Below are positions 52,301-63,179 of a stretch of 64,000 nt of DNA, piece by piece (the stretch's first letter is position 1; the number at the start of each line of letters is the position of its first letter). The position numbers and the translations under genes were made by a program. Below the pieces are notes generated by a model, which saw only the letters and a program-made list of their open reading frames with translations, searched no databases and had not been told where the DNA came from. The stretch lies in assembly GCF_053078305.1 (NCBI RefSeq), contig NZ_CP166879.1; one strand, written 5' to 3'.

Positions 52301-52995
52301 TTTGTTAAGTAATGCCTGTTGTGTGGAGACTATTCTGGGTCCGCCATTGCTTTTGTGCGTTTGTGTAAGTGTTTTTGGCTAAATAAGAGTATGACTTCGC
52401 CAGTGTTGATACAGTGGATAACGGTGATTAAGGAATTACTGTTAATGATCTGTTCCTGCAGCTTACCTGATGAGTTTTGGTAGTAATACGTAAAAGAGTA
52501 TGCCTTATACCATTAAAAACAGCCTTACGGCGTGTTGTTTAACCCTGTACCTCTGTTACTCATGTAGTACGTTACGGAAAACTACGTTAATTGTCATATC
52601 GGGTTATGGCGTTATGCCTTCAGTATTAAAAACATTTTTTACCGGAGAAACAGGGAAGTGGAAAGGCTTTCGGGATAACGTCAGGCCATTCTGACGGTAT
52701 TACGTTAATCACAGTACAGGATAACGGGAGGGTAATGGAATTTTAAACCAGAGTAGTTCCGCTGTTGTTCACTGGAAAAAGTGATTGCCCACACGCGTTA
52801 TAAACGCCTTCCCGCTTCAGTCTGGTTACCAGAGCTTCAGGCGTTATATGCGCTGTAACGGGCTGTTACGTATGCTGTTCTCTGTCTGCTTCTGATACCC
52901 GTGGACGTCGTTACCGGAGGTCACCCTGCCTGATAACGTTTTCTTCAAATTTACGGCAACGCGTCTTCCTGTGTTACAGAACACGAGGAAGAAAC

Positions 52996-53595
52996 ATGAA
53001 GACTTACAACGCCAATCCCGGTTACGAAATGGATCCCCAGCTCCTGACACACTTTAATCAGCATCTGGATTCATTATTCGGGGTCTATTCGAAGCTGTTA
53101 CCGTTCAGAATGGATTTTGCTTACCGAAAAAACACATTCAGCTACGGATGCGCCTGCAGGTACGCCATGTGCGCGGAGATGCTGCAACTGATTAACGAGG
53201 TGGGAGAGAAACTGGTCGGGTATGCCTGGGTGATGGAATATACAGAACGTAAAGGGCTTCACATTCATTTTGTGGGCTATCTGAACGGTCAGATCCACAG
53301 GAGTTCGTATCTGGTATCCAGATTGATGGGAGATATCTGGAGGCGGGTTACCGGGGGGGATGGTTACTACCACTGGTGCCGGTTTAATAAAAATTATCCG
53401 GTAAACATTAATCACGTCATTCACTATTCAGACCACAAAGCGGTGAATGCTTTACGCTATGCCATTAGCTACCTTGCCAAACGAGAACAGAAAGAATGTG
53501 GCATCGTTCTTGGTTGCAGCAGGCTTCCTGAAAAAAGTCACCGGGGGCGACCGCGACTGGACAGCACCCTGCCGGGGATATGTTCTCAGGTATAA
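52996..53595 (+). CDS. YfjJ/YagK-family protein (inovirus Gp2-like)
   Basis: 199-aa ORF with GAGGA ribosome-binding site; family assigned by recollection. Confidence 0.5.
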   Translation: MKTYNANPGYEMDPQLLTHFNQHLDSLFGVYSKLLPFRMDFAYRKNTFSYGCACRYAMCAEMLQLINEVGEKLVGYAWVMEYTERKGLHIHFVGYLNGQIHRSSYLVSRLMGDIWRRVTGGDGYYHWCRFNKNYPVNINHVIHYSDHKAVNALRYAISYLAKREQKECGIVLGCSRLPEKSHRGRPRLDSTLPGICSQV

Positions 53596-53970
53596 GGTTC
53601 TGAGCGACAACTGCGGACTGGCTCTAATCTTTGCAGTCGGTTCCGGAGGCTACTTCAGAGGCACTATGCATTTTTTACGATGTGGTTACTCCGTATGAAC
53701 GAAACCATACGGAGACTTAACCATACATGACACACCAGTAAAACCCCTGATGGCTGCAACGGTGCTGCATGCGCTGGATGTCCATCTCTGCTTGCTGACA
53801 GTTTTTTACGTCGGTGGGCCATTGTGTGACAACCACAGTGCTGTAACAGCAGCCTGCCTGTTTTACCTTAACCCCATTCCAGATTTTTAACTGAACCGCC
53901 ATTCACACCCTGACCACGCTGCCCGTACCGGGACGCTTGCTGCCTGCGTGTCGTCTGGCGGCTGAGGAAT

Positions 53971-54360
53971 ATGACGATGTACGCAAAATCTTTTCTCGCA
54001 TTCGATGGCAACGGATGCCTGACCGTTGCCCGTACTGCACAGACAGCGCCTTACGATCGATACACCTGTCACCTTTGCGGCAGTGCGCTCAGATACCACC
54101 CGCAATGCGATACCGAACGTCCCTGGTTTGAACACACTGGCGAAGGGCTGGCTGAGCACGGTCATGAGTGCCCTTATGTCAGACCGGAGCGCAGAGAAAT
54201 ACTGTTGATTAAACGCTTACAGCAATGGGTACCGGATGCCTTACCCGTGGTGCGTAAAGCCAGCTGGCACTGCAGACAATGCCAGCACGATTATTATGGG
54301 GAGCGGTACTGCACACACTGTCATACAGGGCGTTTCAGTGAGGAGGCAGTGGCAGGATGA
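53971..54360 (+). CDS. Cys-rich zinc-ribbon-like protein, paralog A
   Basis: 129 aa; CHLC...WFEH...WHCRQC...CTHCHTG pattern; stop overlaps start of paralog B (ATGA). Confidence 0.5.
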   Translation: MTMYAKSFLAFDGNGCLTVARTAQTAPYDRYTCHLCGSALRYHPQCDTERPWFEHTGEGLAEHGHECPYVRPERREILLIKRLQQWVPDALPVVRKASWHCRQCQHDYYGERYCTHCHTGRFSEEAVAG

Positions 54361-54782
54361 ACGGTCTAAAAACGGGGCTGGGGATGACGCCGGGTGAGCA
54401 CATTATCAGTGCCGATTCTGCGCTCAGCAGAAATATCAGGCATTGTTTCTGCCTTTCCTGTCGTGGTCGGTTGATTTTGCAGACAGATGCTCAGGGGGCG
54501 TGGTTTGAGCATGATTTACATGCCCTGAGCGAGCAACAGAAGGCGGCCTGTGTGGTGCTGAATCCGGAAAAATCCCATCCTTACATTGATGATATGGCGA
54601 TGTTTTTATCGCCATTACCGGTCGTACTGGAGTGGCATTGTGTGATGTGTGAGCAGTTTTTTCATGGGAAGAAATTCTGTGAGGCCTGTGGTACGGGGAT
54701 TTATTGCAGAGCAACATGTACGAAGTCTGTTTACAGCTACCAGCCAGATTTGTACCAGGACTGCGGAGGTGCGAGTACTTAA
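54357..54782 (+). CDS. Cys-rich zinc-ribbon-like protein, paralog B
   Basis: 141 aa; same CxxC...WFEH...WHCxxC...CxxCGTG pattern as paralog A. Confidence 0.5.
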   Translation: MNGLKTGLGMTPGEHIISADSALSRNIRHCFCLSCRGRLILQTDAQGAWFEHDLHALSEQQKAACVVLNPEKSHPYIDDMAMFLSPLPVVLEWHCVMCEQFFHGKKFCEACGTGIYCRATCTKSVYSYQPDLYQDCGGAST

Positions 54783-55253
54783 TCCAAAATATCCGCTCTG
54801 CGCAGGGCGTTCAGAGGTATTGCCAGCCTGCATTTTATCCGGTGTTTCGCACCCACCCCGTTCGTGACACAAAGGCGCGACACCGGATATCCGCAGTCCT
54901 GCTTACCTGAATAAAACCCGGGGGATTGATTGTGTACTGTGGTGCGAAATCGCACCGTGATCGCGGATTCGCCGAATCTGCACTGTGGTGTCAATAAACC
55001 ACACGCGAGAGTCCTCTCCGTATTGATCAGTGCATCAGGACGATTTCTGCATTGTTAATCCAGGGGCTGCATTATTCATTTCCCTGCTAATGGACGTTAC
55101 ATCCTAGATATTCATGATCCTGATTTCCCTGAGCAGTATCAGCGCTTATTGGAGCGTCTGGATTATCTGACGAAGCCCGGTACTAAAGCATCAGGCCAGC
55201 GTAACTCTGGCTACAGCGGTTTTTGACCTGTTGTAACTGTAAGGTGATTTATT

Positions 55254-55820
55254 ATGTATACAGAATCAAACGTTAAGCTTTCCTGTAACGCCCTCTGGCA
55301 AAAGTGTGTCCTTGCAACTCTGTATCGGGCTGCAGCCACACATCCTGAAATTAAATTATTACAATTTAAATTAATACCTTGCCCTGGTATTAATAAGGCC
55401 ATTCCCTCTCTGATGGCTGATTTTACTGGTGAACTGCATAGACTCATTTCTGAATATTTGCAGTGCAAGCGACGTAAAGATAAATCTGTTGAGCCCACCC
55501 CTTTATATTATCTCTGGAGTAGGGAGGCTGTGGCTAACGGTACCACTCCTTATCTTATGGTGCTGCTACTTAATAATGATGTCTGGTGTAAGAGTCGTGA
55601 GGTGGTGGTTCTCAGAAATCTGATTGAGCAGGCGTGGGGAAAAGTATTGGGTGAAGATAACTCCATTACACATCTGGTTGTGTATCCTGAAGTGCTGTCG
55701 TTGGTATTTGATGCAGCTAACACATACAACGCTGAGCCTGGTGTACTGGAACAGACAGCCCGGGCTTACATTGAATCGCATGGTGCTGTTGAACGTTATC
55801 TTGGGTGTAGTGACTTTTAA
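55254..55820 (+). CDS. hypothetical protein
   Basis: 188-aa ORF in the decayed P4-like region; no recognised motif. Confidence 0.4.
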   Translation: MYTESNVKLSCNALWQKCVLATLYRAAATHPEIKLLQFKLIPCPGINKAIPSLMADFTGELHRLISEYLQCKRRKDKSVEPTPLYYLWSREAVANGTTPYLMVLLLNNDVWCKSREVVVLRNLIEQAWGKVLGEDNSITHLVVYPEVLSLVFDAANTYNAEPGVLEQTARAYIESHGAVERYLGCSDF

Positions 55821-56207
55821 CGTCAGGTGACGCATTGTCACTTCTGACCTGCTACCTGTACGCCGGAATATAATGGTCAGAGAGGCATATTTCGACGCCC
55901 CTAATCTGGGGCGTTTGATTCTGGATGTCTGGAACAATCCGGGCTTTGTGTCACCGGGCGCATCAAAGCAGTACCACCCGGGATGTGGCGCTGGATCGTC
56001 ATTTACCGGACTGCGAAGACATACTTAAAGAGGTGATATGGGCGTTCAGTGATTTTGTCCGCGATAATCGTGGTGTGTATGATCCGGAAGCCCGTTACCC
56101 CGCCGGTAATACCTGGTATCCCGTAACAGGCCAGTTCTGAAAGCACAGCTCAGCAGATTCCCCGCATTCGCACAATCTTCATAAATCTCACAGAGGACAT
56201 TCTGACC

Positions 56208-56516
56208 ATGTTGACTACAACAAGCCACGACAGCGTATTTCTGCGTGCCGATAATTCCCTGATTGACATGAACTATATCACCAGTTTCACCGGTATGACC
56301 GACAGAGGGTTTTATAAGCTGATCAGTGAAGATTCATCAAGCCGGGCCGATCCAGCCGCAGGTATAAAAGCGAAGTGTCACAGTAGATACAGTAACGAAT
56401 CGAAGAATCACGGGGGCAGAAGTATGAAACGTGTTGTGATACCGGTACGCTGGCAATGTTCAACGTGTCAGCGCTGGTATTGTGGCGCTGTTCCCTGGTG
56501 CTGGTCCCCCCCGTGA
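56208..56516 (+). pseudogene. AlpA-like regulator remnant
   Basis: N-terminus DNSLIDMNYITSFTGMTDRGFYKLI parallels AlpA at 50360-50620 (DDQMVDMSFITQLTGLTDKWFYKLI) and then diverges into unrelated sequence. Confidence 0.5.
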
Positions 56517-57712
56517 ATCTTCCTGCGTCCCCTCCGGTCAGCCGGCACTTTGTCATCCTGACTGATTCATCATTCCTTTCATATTGCCAGTCACAGCTGC
56601 TTGCATCGAACCGTACTTGTGTTGATGCGTCTGCACCGACTTAACCAAATTCAACAGAGATAAAATAGTGCAAATCACCGAAGCCTTACTTTCAGAGCCG
56701 GGGGAAATCCGGCGTTTTGTTCAGCAGGCGGTGGATCACTGGCCGCATCTGCTGGCAATCCACTTCACACTTCATTCGACCAGAGTAAATATTGATGATT
56801 ACTAGATTCGTGTATTTTATCAGGCATTTTACTTGCGAATAAATCCCCTTGTTATCCAGCGAAACCACACCGGTAGCTATTACCATATGTCGTAATACAC
56901 TAGTTACAGGAAAAACATGCAGGTTCCGCAATACGTTGTGTGTTGCTGCTTAGTCAGGATCTTTTCTTCCATGCGAGATACGACAACACTTTTGAGGAAG
57001 GATGTTCGTAACTGGTAGAGTTACTACAACAGGCATGGGAGGCTCCGGCTCTGACAGACATTGTACTGTGGAATGTTGTTACAGGTTGGGGCGGCAACCG
57101 TGCCAGGAGACTATGAGCCGTTCACGGCATTAAAGGCCACACTTCAGTCGTTTACATTCCCTGTGGTGGCAGGCATCTTCCGTTAAGGCGTCAGAGCGTT
57201 ACCAACGTTATGTTGTCATGGCTCACCTTTCATAGTCGATGCTTATCTGGTGACTGAAACTAGCCGCAGATAAAGAGTGTGAAGTTGATACCATGGAGTG
57301 GAGTGACGTGCAGGCAGGAGATTCGCTCTATGCAGGGTTGTGAGATGAATTCAAACCGGCTGTCAGCGCCAGTGATATTTGAAGATTCGTCCGGTTGTTA
57401 TCCAGTGTGCATTAAAAACCCAGACATTATGGACAATACAACGGCTTCCATAACAGGGAGGAGCCTGTTTATTATCCGGGCGTAATGACTCACCTTTGTG
57501 GGCTTTTTCCCGTCGCGCTTTTAACGTTGAAGGCATTTTCTGCCTGCCGATTCAGGACAGCGACAAAAGCCATATCAGACTATTGGTCAATGATGACCAG
57601 CGTCTGGAGTAGATGATAAGCCAAATTGATAAGCTGGAATATGTGATGAAAGTGCAACGTAATCAGTCCAATCCGACGATGTTTAACAAGAGTACGGTGT
57701 TTTTTCAGTAAG

Positions 57713-58498
57713 TCATTCGTCTTCTGAATCAGGTGTAATGATCTTTACAGAAGCATTCCGGCAGTGCGTAACATAATCTGCCGGTAACGGACGATCGCTA
57801 ATCAGAACATCAAATGCAGAGAGCGGTGCGAGGCTGGCAGAGGCTACTTCATCGAACAAGGCGTGGCGGGCGAGCAAAATTTTCCGTAGTCCACGGGCCA
57901 TCGCTTTACGCTTAGTGGCAAGATCTTCGGGATTAAACCAGCTGACGCCAAAGTGATCATGTACACCGCTGGCGGAAATAAATATTTTTCGCGGATTGAG
58001 AGAGTCTAATGGCGAAGAGTTACTGGCATCGTAAAAAGCATCACTTCTGGCACGATACGTACCACCACAAAGTATTGCTGTCACATTAGGTTTTTCATTC
58101 AACGCAACAAAGACACGATGTGAGTAACAGATGCCAGTGAAGGTGATTGCATCCGGGATCATGCTTATAACGAGCGGTATCTCCTGGCCATTATCAAAGA
58201 AGATCAGATCATTTTCATTAACCATTCCGGCGGCCAGAATTGCAATAGGTAAGTCATCACGATGATTTCTCGGAACGTCCTGGATTACTGGCATGGATGG
58301 TGCGGGTTTATGCACCATTACAATATAGCCACCCAGTAGGGTCAGTGGCAGAGGTTCATCTTCCTGATGGAGATCGCGACGAATAGTCATTACAGAAACT
58401 TCCAGCATTCGTGCCGCGTCTTTCAAATGGATTCTGTCGGTTTTCTTAAGTATTTCAATCAAACGTCGGATACGCTCTTTTTGCTTCGTTTCCATCAA
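57713..58498 (-). CDS. deoQ: DeoR-family transcriptional regulator of the deoxyribose operon
   Basis: 261 aa with N-terminal DeoR-type helix-turn-helix; divergent from the kinase-permease operon. Confidence 0.75.
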   Translation of the reverse strand: MMETKQKERIRRLIEILKKTDRIHLKDAARMLEVSVMTIRRDLHQEDEPLPLTLLGGYIVMVHKPAPSMPVIQDVPRNHRDDLPIAILAAGMVNENDLIFFDNGQEIPLVISMIPDAITFTGICYSHRVFVALNEKPNVTAILCGGTYRARSDAFYDASNSSPLDSLNPRKIFISASGVHDHFGVSWFNPEDLATKRKAMARGLRKILLARHALFDEVASASLAPLSAFDVLISDRPLPADYVTHCRNASVKIITPDSEDE

Positions 58499-58800
58499 CG
58501 CTCTCTCCGTAAAAATGTTATAAAAATAACATTATGGCATTAGTAAACATTGTTTTAGTTACCATACTATACGACCGACCCTTTGAAATGAAAAGGGTAT
58601 AGACTGCTGAATTTTCGGTATTAATCCTGTTAGGTTGCTTATGATTAGATAGTGTTGGCCTGAGTGATAAGACTGGAAGTCTATTAAATAAACATCGGGT
58701 TGATGTGCTAATCGCGATCTCAGTCACAAATGATGCAAAAGTAACATGCTAATGTTATTTAAATACCATTGTTATGCGAAAGTTTATAAGAGGTAGTGAA

Positions 58801-59721
58801 ATGGACATTGCAGTTATTGGTTCCAATATGGTGGATCTCATTACTTACACTAATCAGATGCCTAAAGAAGGAGAAACTCTGGAAGCACCTGCCTTCAAAA
58901 TCGGATGTGGTGGGAAAGGTGCTAATCAAGCGGTGGCGGCGGCTAAATTGAATTCAAAAGTCCTGATGCTGACTAAAGTAGGTGATGATATTTTTGCGGA
59001 TAATACTATTCGTAATCTTGAATCTTGGGGAATTAATACCACTTATGTTGAGAAAGTCCCCTGTACCAGCAGTGGTGTTGCGCCGATCTTTGTTAATGCT
59101 AACTCGAGCAATAGTATTTTAATAATTAAGGGGGCGAATAAATTTCTTTCCCCGGAAGATATCGATCGAGCTGCAGAAGATCTGAAAAAATGCAAATTGA
59201 TCGTTTTACAACTGGAAGTTCAACTGGAAACAGTTTACCACGCGATTGAGTTTGGTAAGAAAAATGGTATTGAAGTGTTATTAAATCCGGCTCCGGCATT
59301 GCGTGAGTTAGATATGTCTTATGCCTGCAAATGTGATTTCTTTATCCCGAATGAAACAGAACTGGAAATATTAACCGGTATGTCGGTTGATACTTATGAT
59401 CATATTCGTTTGGCCGCACGTTCGTTAGTTGATAAAGGGCTGAACAATATTATTGTTACCATGAGCGAAAAAGGCGCATTATGGATGACCCGTGATCAGG
59501 AAGTCCATGTTCCTGCATTCAAAGTAAATGCTGTTGATACTAGTGGCGCTGGTGACGCATTTATTGGTTGCTTTTCCCATTATTATGTTCAAAGCGGTGA
59601 TGTTGAAGCCGCTTTGAAAAAAGCCGCTCTCTTTGCCGCTTTCAGCGTCACAGGGAAAGGTACGCAATCATCTTATCCGAGTATTGAACAATTTAATGAA
59701 TTTTTAACCTTAAACGAATAA
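58801..59721 (+). CDS. deoK: deoxyribokinase (ribokinase/PfkB family)
   Basis: Start at MDIAVIGS after AGAGG ribosome-binding site; GG dipeptide and C-terminal GAGD motif of PfkB kinases. Confidence 0.75.
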   Translation: MDIAVIGSNMVDLITYTNQMPKEGETLEAPAFKIGCGGKGANQAVAAAKLNSKVLMLTKVGDDIFADNTIRNLESWGINTTYVEKVPCTSSGVAPIFVNANSSNSILIIKGANKFLSPEDIDRAAEDLKKCKLIVLQLEVQLETVYHAIEFGKKNGIEVLLNPAPALRELDMSYACKCDFFIPNETELEILTGMSVDTYDHIRLAARSLVDKGLNNIIVTMSEKGALWMTRDQEVHVPAFKVNAVDTSGAGDAFIGCFSHYYVQSGDVEAALKKAALFAAFSVTGKGTQSSYPSIEQFNEFLTLNE

Positions 59722-59748
59722 TCATCCTGCACAGTTAAAGGTAGCACT

Positions 59749-61065
59749 ATGAACGATAAAAACATCATTCAGATGCCTGATGGGTATCTGAATAAGACTC
59801 CCTTGTTCCAGTTTATTTTGTTATCGTGTTTATTCCCGCTATGGGGATGCGCAGCTGCATTAAATGACATATTAATCACTCAATTCAAAAGTGTATTTTC
59901 GCTAAGTAACTTTGCTTCAGCATTGGTGCAGAGCGCATTTTATGGAGGTTATTTTTTAATTGCAATACCAGCATCCCTTGTGATTAAAAAGACCAGTTAT
60001 AAGGTGGCAATTTTAATTGGCCTGACGCTGTATATTGGTGGTTGTACACTTTTTTTCCCTGCCTCGCATATGGCAACCTACACTATGTTCCTTGCGGCTA
60101 TTTTTGCGATTGCGATTGGCCTGAGCTTCCTTGAAACTGCAGCGAACACATACAGTTCGATGATTGGTCCAAAAGCCTACGCTACATTGCGGCTCAATAT
60201 CAGCCAGACCTTTTATCCGATTGGTGCTGCGTCTGGTATTTTATTGGGCAAATATCTGGTTTTCTCCGAGGGGGAAAGCCTTGAGAAGCAGATGTCCGGA
60301 ATGAACGCCGGGCAAATTCACAACTTTAAGGTGCTGATGTTAGAGAACACCCTTGAACCGTATAAGTATATGATTATGATTCTGGTTGTGGTCATGGTGT
60401 TGTTCCTTTTAACCCGCTTCCCAACCTGTAAAGTGGCACAGACAAGTCACCATAAACGCCCGTCAGCAATGGATACGCTGCGCTATCTGGCTAGAAATCC
60501 GCGCTTTCGTCGTGGTATTGTGGCTCAATTCCTTTATGTGGGTATGCAGGTCGCAGTATGGTCATTTACCATCCGTCTGGCGCTGGAGTTGGGCGATATC
60601 AACGAACGTGATGCTTCAAACTTCATGGTCTACAGCTTTGCCTGCTTCTTTATTGGCAAGTTTATAGCCAACATCCTTATGACACGTTTTAATCCGGAAA
60701 AAGTCCTGATTCTCTATTCCGTTATAGGGGCGCTGTTTCTGGCATATGTTGCACTGGCTCCAAGTTTCAGTGCGGTCTATGTCGCCGTCCTGGTAAGTGT
60801 TTTGTTTGGCCCTTGCTGGGCGACGATCTATGCAGGAACACTGGATACAGTTGATAACCAACATACAGAAATGGCAGGAGCAGTCATTGTTATGGCTATT
60901 GTTGGCGCAGCGGTGGTTCCGGCAATTCAGGGATATATTGCAGATATGTTCCACTCACTACAGCTTTCATTCCTGGTTTCTATGCTCTGTTTTGTCTATG
61001 TCGGTGTCTACTTCTGGCGTGAAAGCAAAGTACGTAATGCACTGGCTGAAGTCACAGAGTCCTGA
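59749..61065 (+). CDS. deoP: deoxyribose permease (FucP-like MFS transporter)
   Basis: 438-aa polytopic membrane protein between the kinase and the mutarotase-like gene. Confidence 0.7.
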   Translation: MNDKNIIQMPDGYLNKTPLFQFILLSCLFPLWGCAAALNDILITQFKSVFSLSNFASALVQSAFYGGYFLIAIPASLVIKKTSYKVAILIGLTLYIGGCTLFFPASHMATYTMFLAAIFAIAIGLSFLETAANTYSSMIGPKAYATLRLNISQTFYPIGAASGILLGKYLVFSEGESLEKQMSGMNAGQIHNFKVLMLENTLEPYKYMIMILVVVMVLFLLTRFPTCKVAQTSHHKRPSAMDTLRYLARNPRFRRGIVAQFLYVGMQVAVWSFTIRLALELGDINERDASNFMVYSFACFFIGKFIANILMTRFNPEKVLILYSVIGALFLAYVALAPSFSAVYVAVLVSVLFGPCWATIYAGTLDTVDNQHTEMAGAVIVMAIVGAAVVPAIQGYIADMFHSLQLSFLVSMLCFVYVGVYFWRESKVRNALAEVTES

Positions 61066-61076
61066 GGAGAATCGTT

Positions 61077-62090
61077 ATGAGTACGCGTATTTATTTGTGG
61101 CGGGCGCTTTTTGGCGAAAAACCTCGTATCTTGCTGGAAAATAGTGATTTTACTGTCACGTCTTTTCGCTATGACAGTGGTGTCGAGGGGCTTAAAATTG
61201 CAAACAGTCGTGGACATTTAATTATTCTTCCCTGGATGGGGCAGATGATTTGGGATGCGCAATTTGATGGACACAGTCTCACCATGTGCAATATGTTTCG
61301 CCAGCCTAAACCGGCGACAGAGGTGATAGAAACCTATGGCTGTTTTGCCTTTCATTCAGGTTTGCTGGCTAATGGCTGCCCATCTGCGGAAGATACTCAT
61401 CTGCTACACGGTGAAATGGCCTGTGCCGCGATGGATGAAGCATGGATGGAATTAGAGGGAGATATGTTACGCCTTACCGGGCGTTACGAGTATGTAAAGG
61501 GATTCGGGCATCATTATCTGGCTCAGCCAGCAGTGGTCCTTCACAAATCCTCTACACTGTTCGATATTAAGATGGCCGTAACCAATCTGGCTTCTGTAGA
61601 TATGCCACTACAATATATGTGCCACATGAATTATGCATATATACCAAATGCTACGTTCAGTCAGAATATACCGGACGAAATATTAAGGTTGCGTGAATCA
61701 GTACCTTCGCATGTTAATCCCACCACTCAGTGGCTGGCGTTTAATCAACGGATTATGCAGGGAGAAGCCTCTCTGTCGACGCTGAATCAACCGGAGTTTT
61801 ATGATCCAGAAATTGTCTTCTTTGCAGACAAACTGGACGCTTACACAGATCAGCCAGAGTTTCGCATGATCGCTCCCGATGGCACTACGTTTGTTACTCG
61901 TTTCTCCAGTGCCGAACTAAATTATGTGACACGCTGGATCCTTTATAACGGCGAGCAGCAGGTAGCCGCCTTTGCATTACCTGCAACCTGTCGGCCTGAG
62001 GGATATCTTGCCGCGCAACGTAATGGCACGCTGATTCAGGTTGCACCGCAGCAAACGCGCACTTTTACAGTCACCACAGGAATTGAATAA
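61077..62090 (+). CDS. deoX: putative deoxyribose mutarotase / aldose epimerase-like protein
   Basis: 337 aa; fourth gene of the recalled deoQ-deoKPX arrangement. Confidence 0.6.
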   Translation: MSTRIYLWRALFGEKPRILLENSDFTVTSFRYDSGVEGLKIANSRGHLIILPWMGQMIWDAQFDGHSLTMCNMFRQPKPATEVIETYGCFAFHSGLLANGCPSAEDTHLLHGEMACAAMDEAWMELEGDMLRLTGRYEYVKGFGHHYLAQPAVVLHKSSTLFDIKMAVTNLASVDMPLQYMCHMNYAYIPNATFSQNIPDEILRLRESVPSHVNPTTQWLAFNQRIMQGEASLSTLNQPEFYDPEIVFFADKLDAYTDQPEFRMIAPDGTTFVTRFSSAELNYVTRWILYNGEQQVAAFALPATCRPEGYLAAQRNGTLIQVAPQQTRTFTVTTGIE

Positions 62091-62111
62091 CCACTTAAGG
62101 CCTGAACAGCG

Positions 62112-62144
62112 GCGCGCTTATCGTTAAGGTAAGCGCGTTTTTTT
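62112..62144 (+). terminator. intrinsic terminator after deoX
   Basis: Stem cgcgctta / taagcgcg with 9-nt loop followed by an 8-T run. Confidence 0.75.
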
Positions 62145-62417
62145 ACCCGCCAGGACAAGACTATGATAGCGTTGCCCTTATAGACGATCACATTATCGTC
62201 CACTCCAAATTTGTGCAACTACTGTAGAGTGGTGAACTCCACAGCTTCTTTTAGGATCTCAACTTCCATTGTTTTCTTACCGAGCAAGCACTGCAACTCT
62301 TTTATTTATTTGTAGTGGTCAACAAAAACTGGTCAGTAAGCGCTCCGCCTGTGACGTCTTGTGATGGTTGTCCTGTCTGGCAACAATCGCGTCCATCTAT
62401 ATTGATGGACACGAACG

Positions 62418-62813
62418 ATGAATTCTCAGACAGCAAAAGATATCACCGGCTTTCGCTCTTATTTGCCAGACGCATTACGTCTAAGATTCGACGAGCAATT
62501 ATCTGTCCGGGCTATCGCCCTGCAGTTAGGTCTCAGTCATTCCACCATTCATAATCTCTTTCAACGATTTAATGCCTCCGGTATTACTTGGCCATTACCT
62601 GAATCACTTTCAGTCGCCCAACTCGATGCCATACTTTATGCCAATAGAAAGAAGGAATTACCTGATGATCCTCAAATCAGCGAAAGCACATGGCGAAAAG
62701 AACGACGAACCTCCTACAGTCGTGAATTTAAAATCAGGCTGGTAAAACTGTTTTCCCCCCTCACTCCGGAACTTCTTAGGGTGCTCATTCGCGAAATGAA
62801 AGGGGGGATCTGA
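62418..62813 (+). CDS. IS66-family accessory protein TnpA (orf1)
   Basis: 131 aa with helix-turn-helix (LGLSHSTIHNLFQRF); stop overlaps TnpB start. Confidence 0.7.
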   Translation: MNSQTAKDITGFRSYLPDALRLRFDEQLSVRAIALQLGLSHSTIHNLFQRFNASGITWPLPESLSVAQLDAILYANRKKELPDDPQISESTWRKERRTSYSREFKIRLVKLFSPLTPELLRVLIREMKGGI

Positions 62814-63160
62814 TGATAACGCTGCCGACCGGTACCAAAATCTGGATCATCGCTGGCATCACAGATATGCGTTGTGGCTTCAACGGCCTGGCTTCGAAGG
62901 TGCAGAACACGCTGAAAGATGACCCGTTCTCCGGGCATATCTTCGTCTTCCGGGGCCGCAGTGGCAAAATGGTGAAAATACTGTGGGCCGATCGTGACGG
63001 GTTATGCCTGTTCTCCAAACGCCTGGAACGGGGCCGCTTCGTCTGGCCGGTAACCCGGGAAGGGAAAGTGCACCTGACGCCAGCTCAGTTATCCATGCTA
63101 CTGGAGGGGATCGCGTGGCAACATCCCAAACGGACAGAACGGCCTGGCATCCGGATATAA
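62813..63160 (+). CDS. IS66-family TnpB (orf2)
   Basis: 115 aa beginning MITLPTGTKIWIIAGITDMRCGFNGLA. Confidence 0.8.
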   Translation: MITLPTGTKIWIIAGITDMRCGFNGLASKVQNTLKDDPFSGHIFVFRGRSGKMVKILWADRDGLCLFSKRLERGRFVWPVTREGKVHLTPAQLSMLLEGIAWQHPKRTERPGIRI

Positions 63161-63179
63161 CCCGTGATAAAACAGGGGA

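Noticed and set aside
53447-53698. 83-aa ORF overlapping the 3' end of the YfjJ-like gene
   Set aside because: It overlaps a better-supported gene in another frame and has no distinctive features.
58774-58800. Upstream start for deoK (MRKFIRGSE...)
   Set aside because: The internal ATG at 58801 is preceded by a good ribosome-binding site and gives a ribokinase-typical N-terminus (MDIAVIGS).
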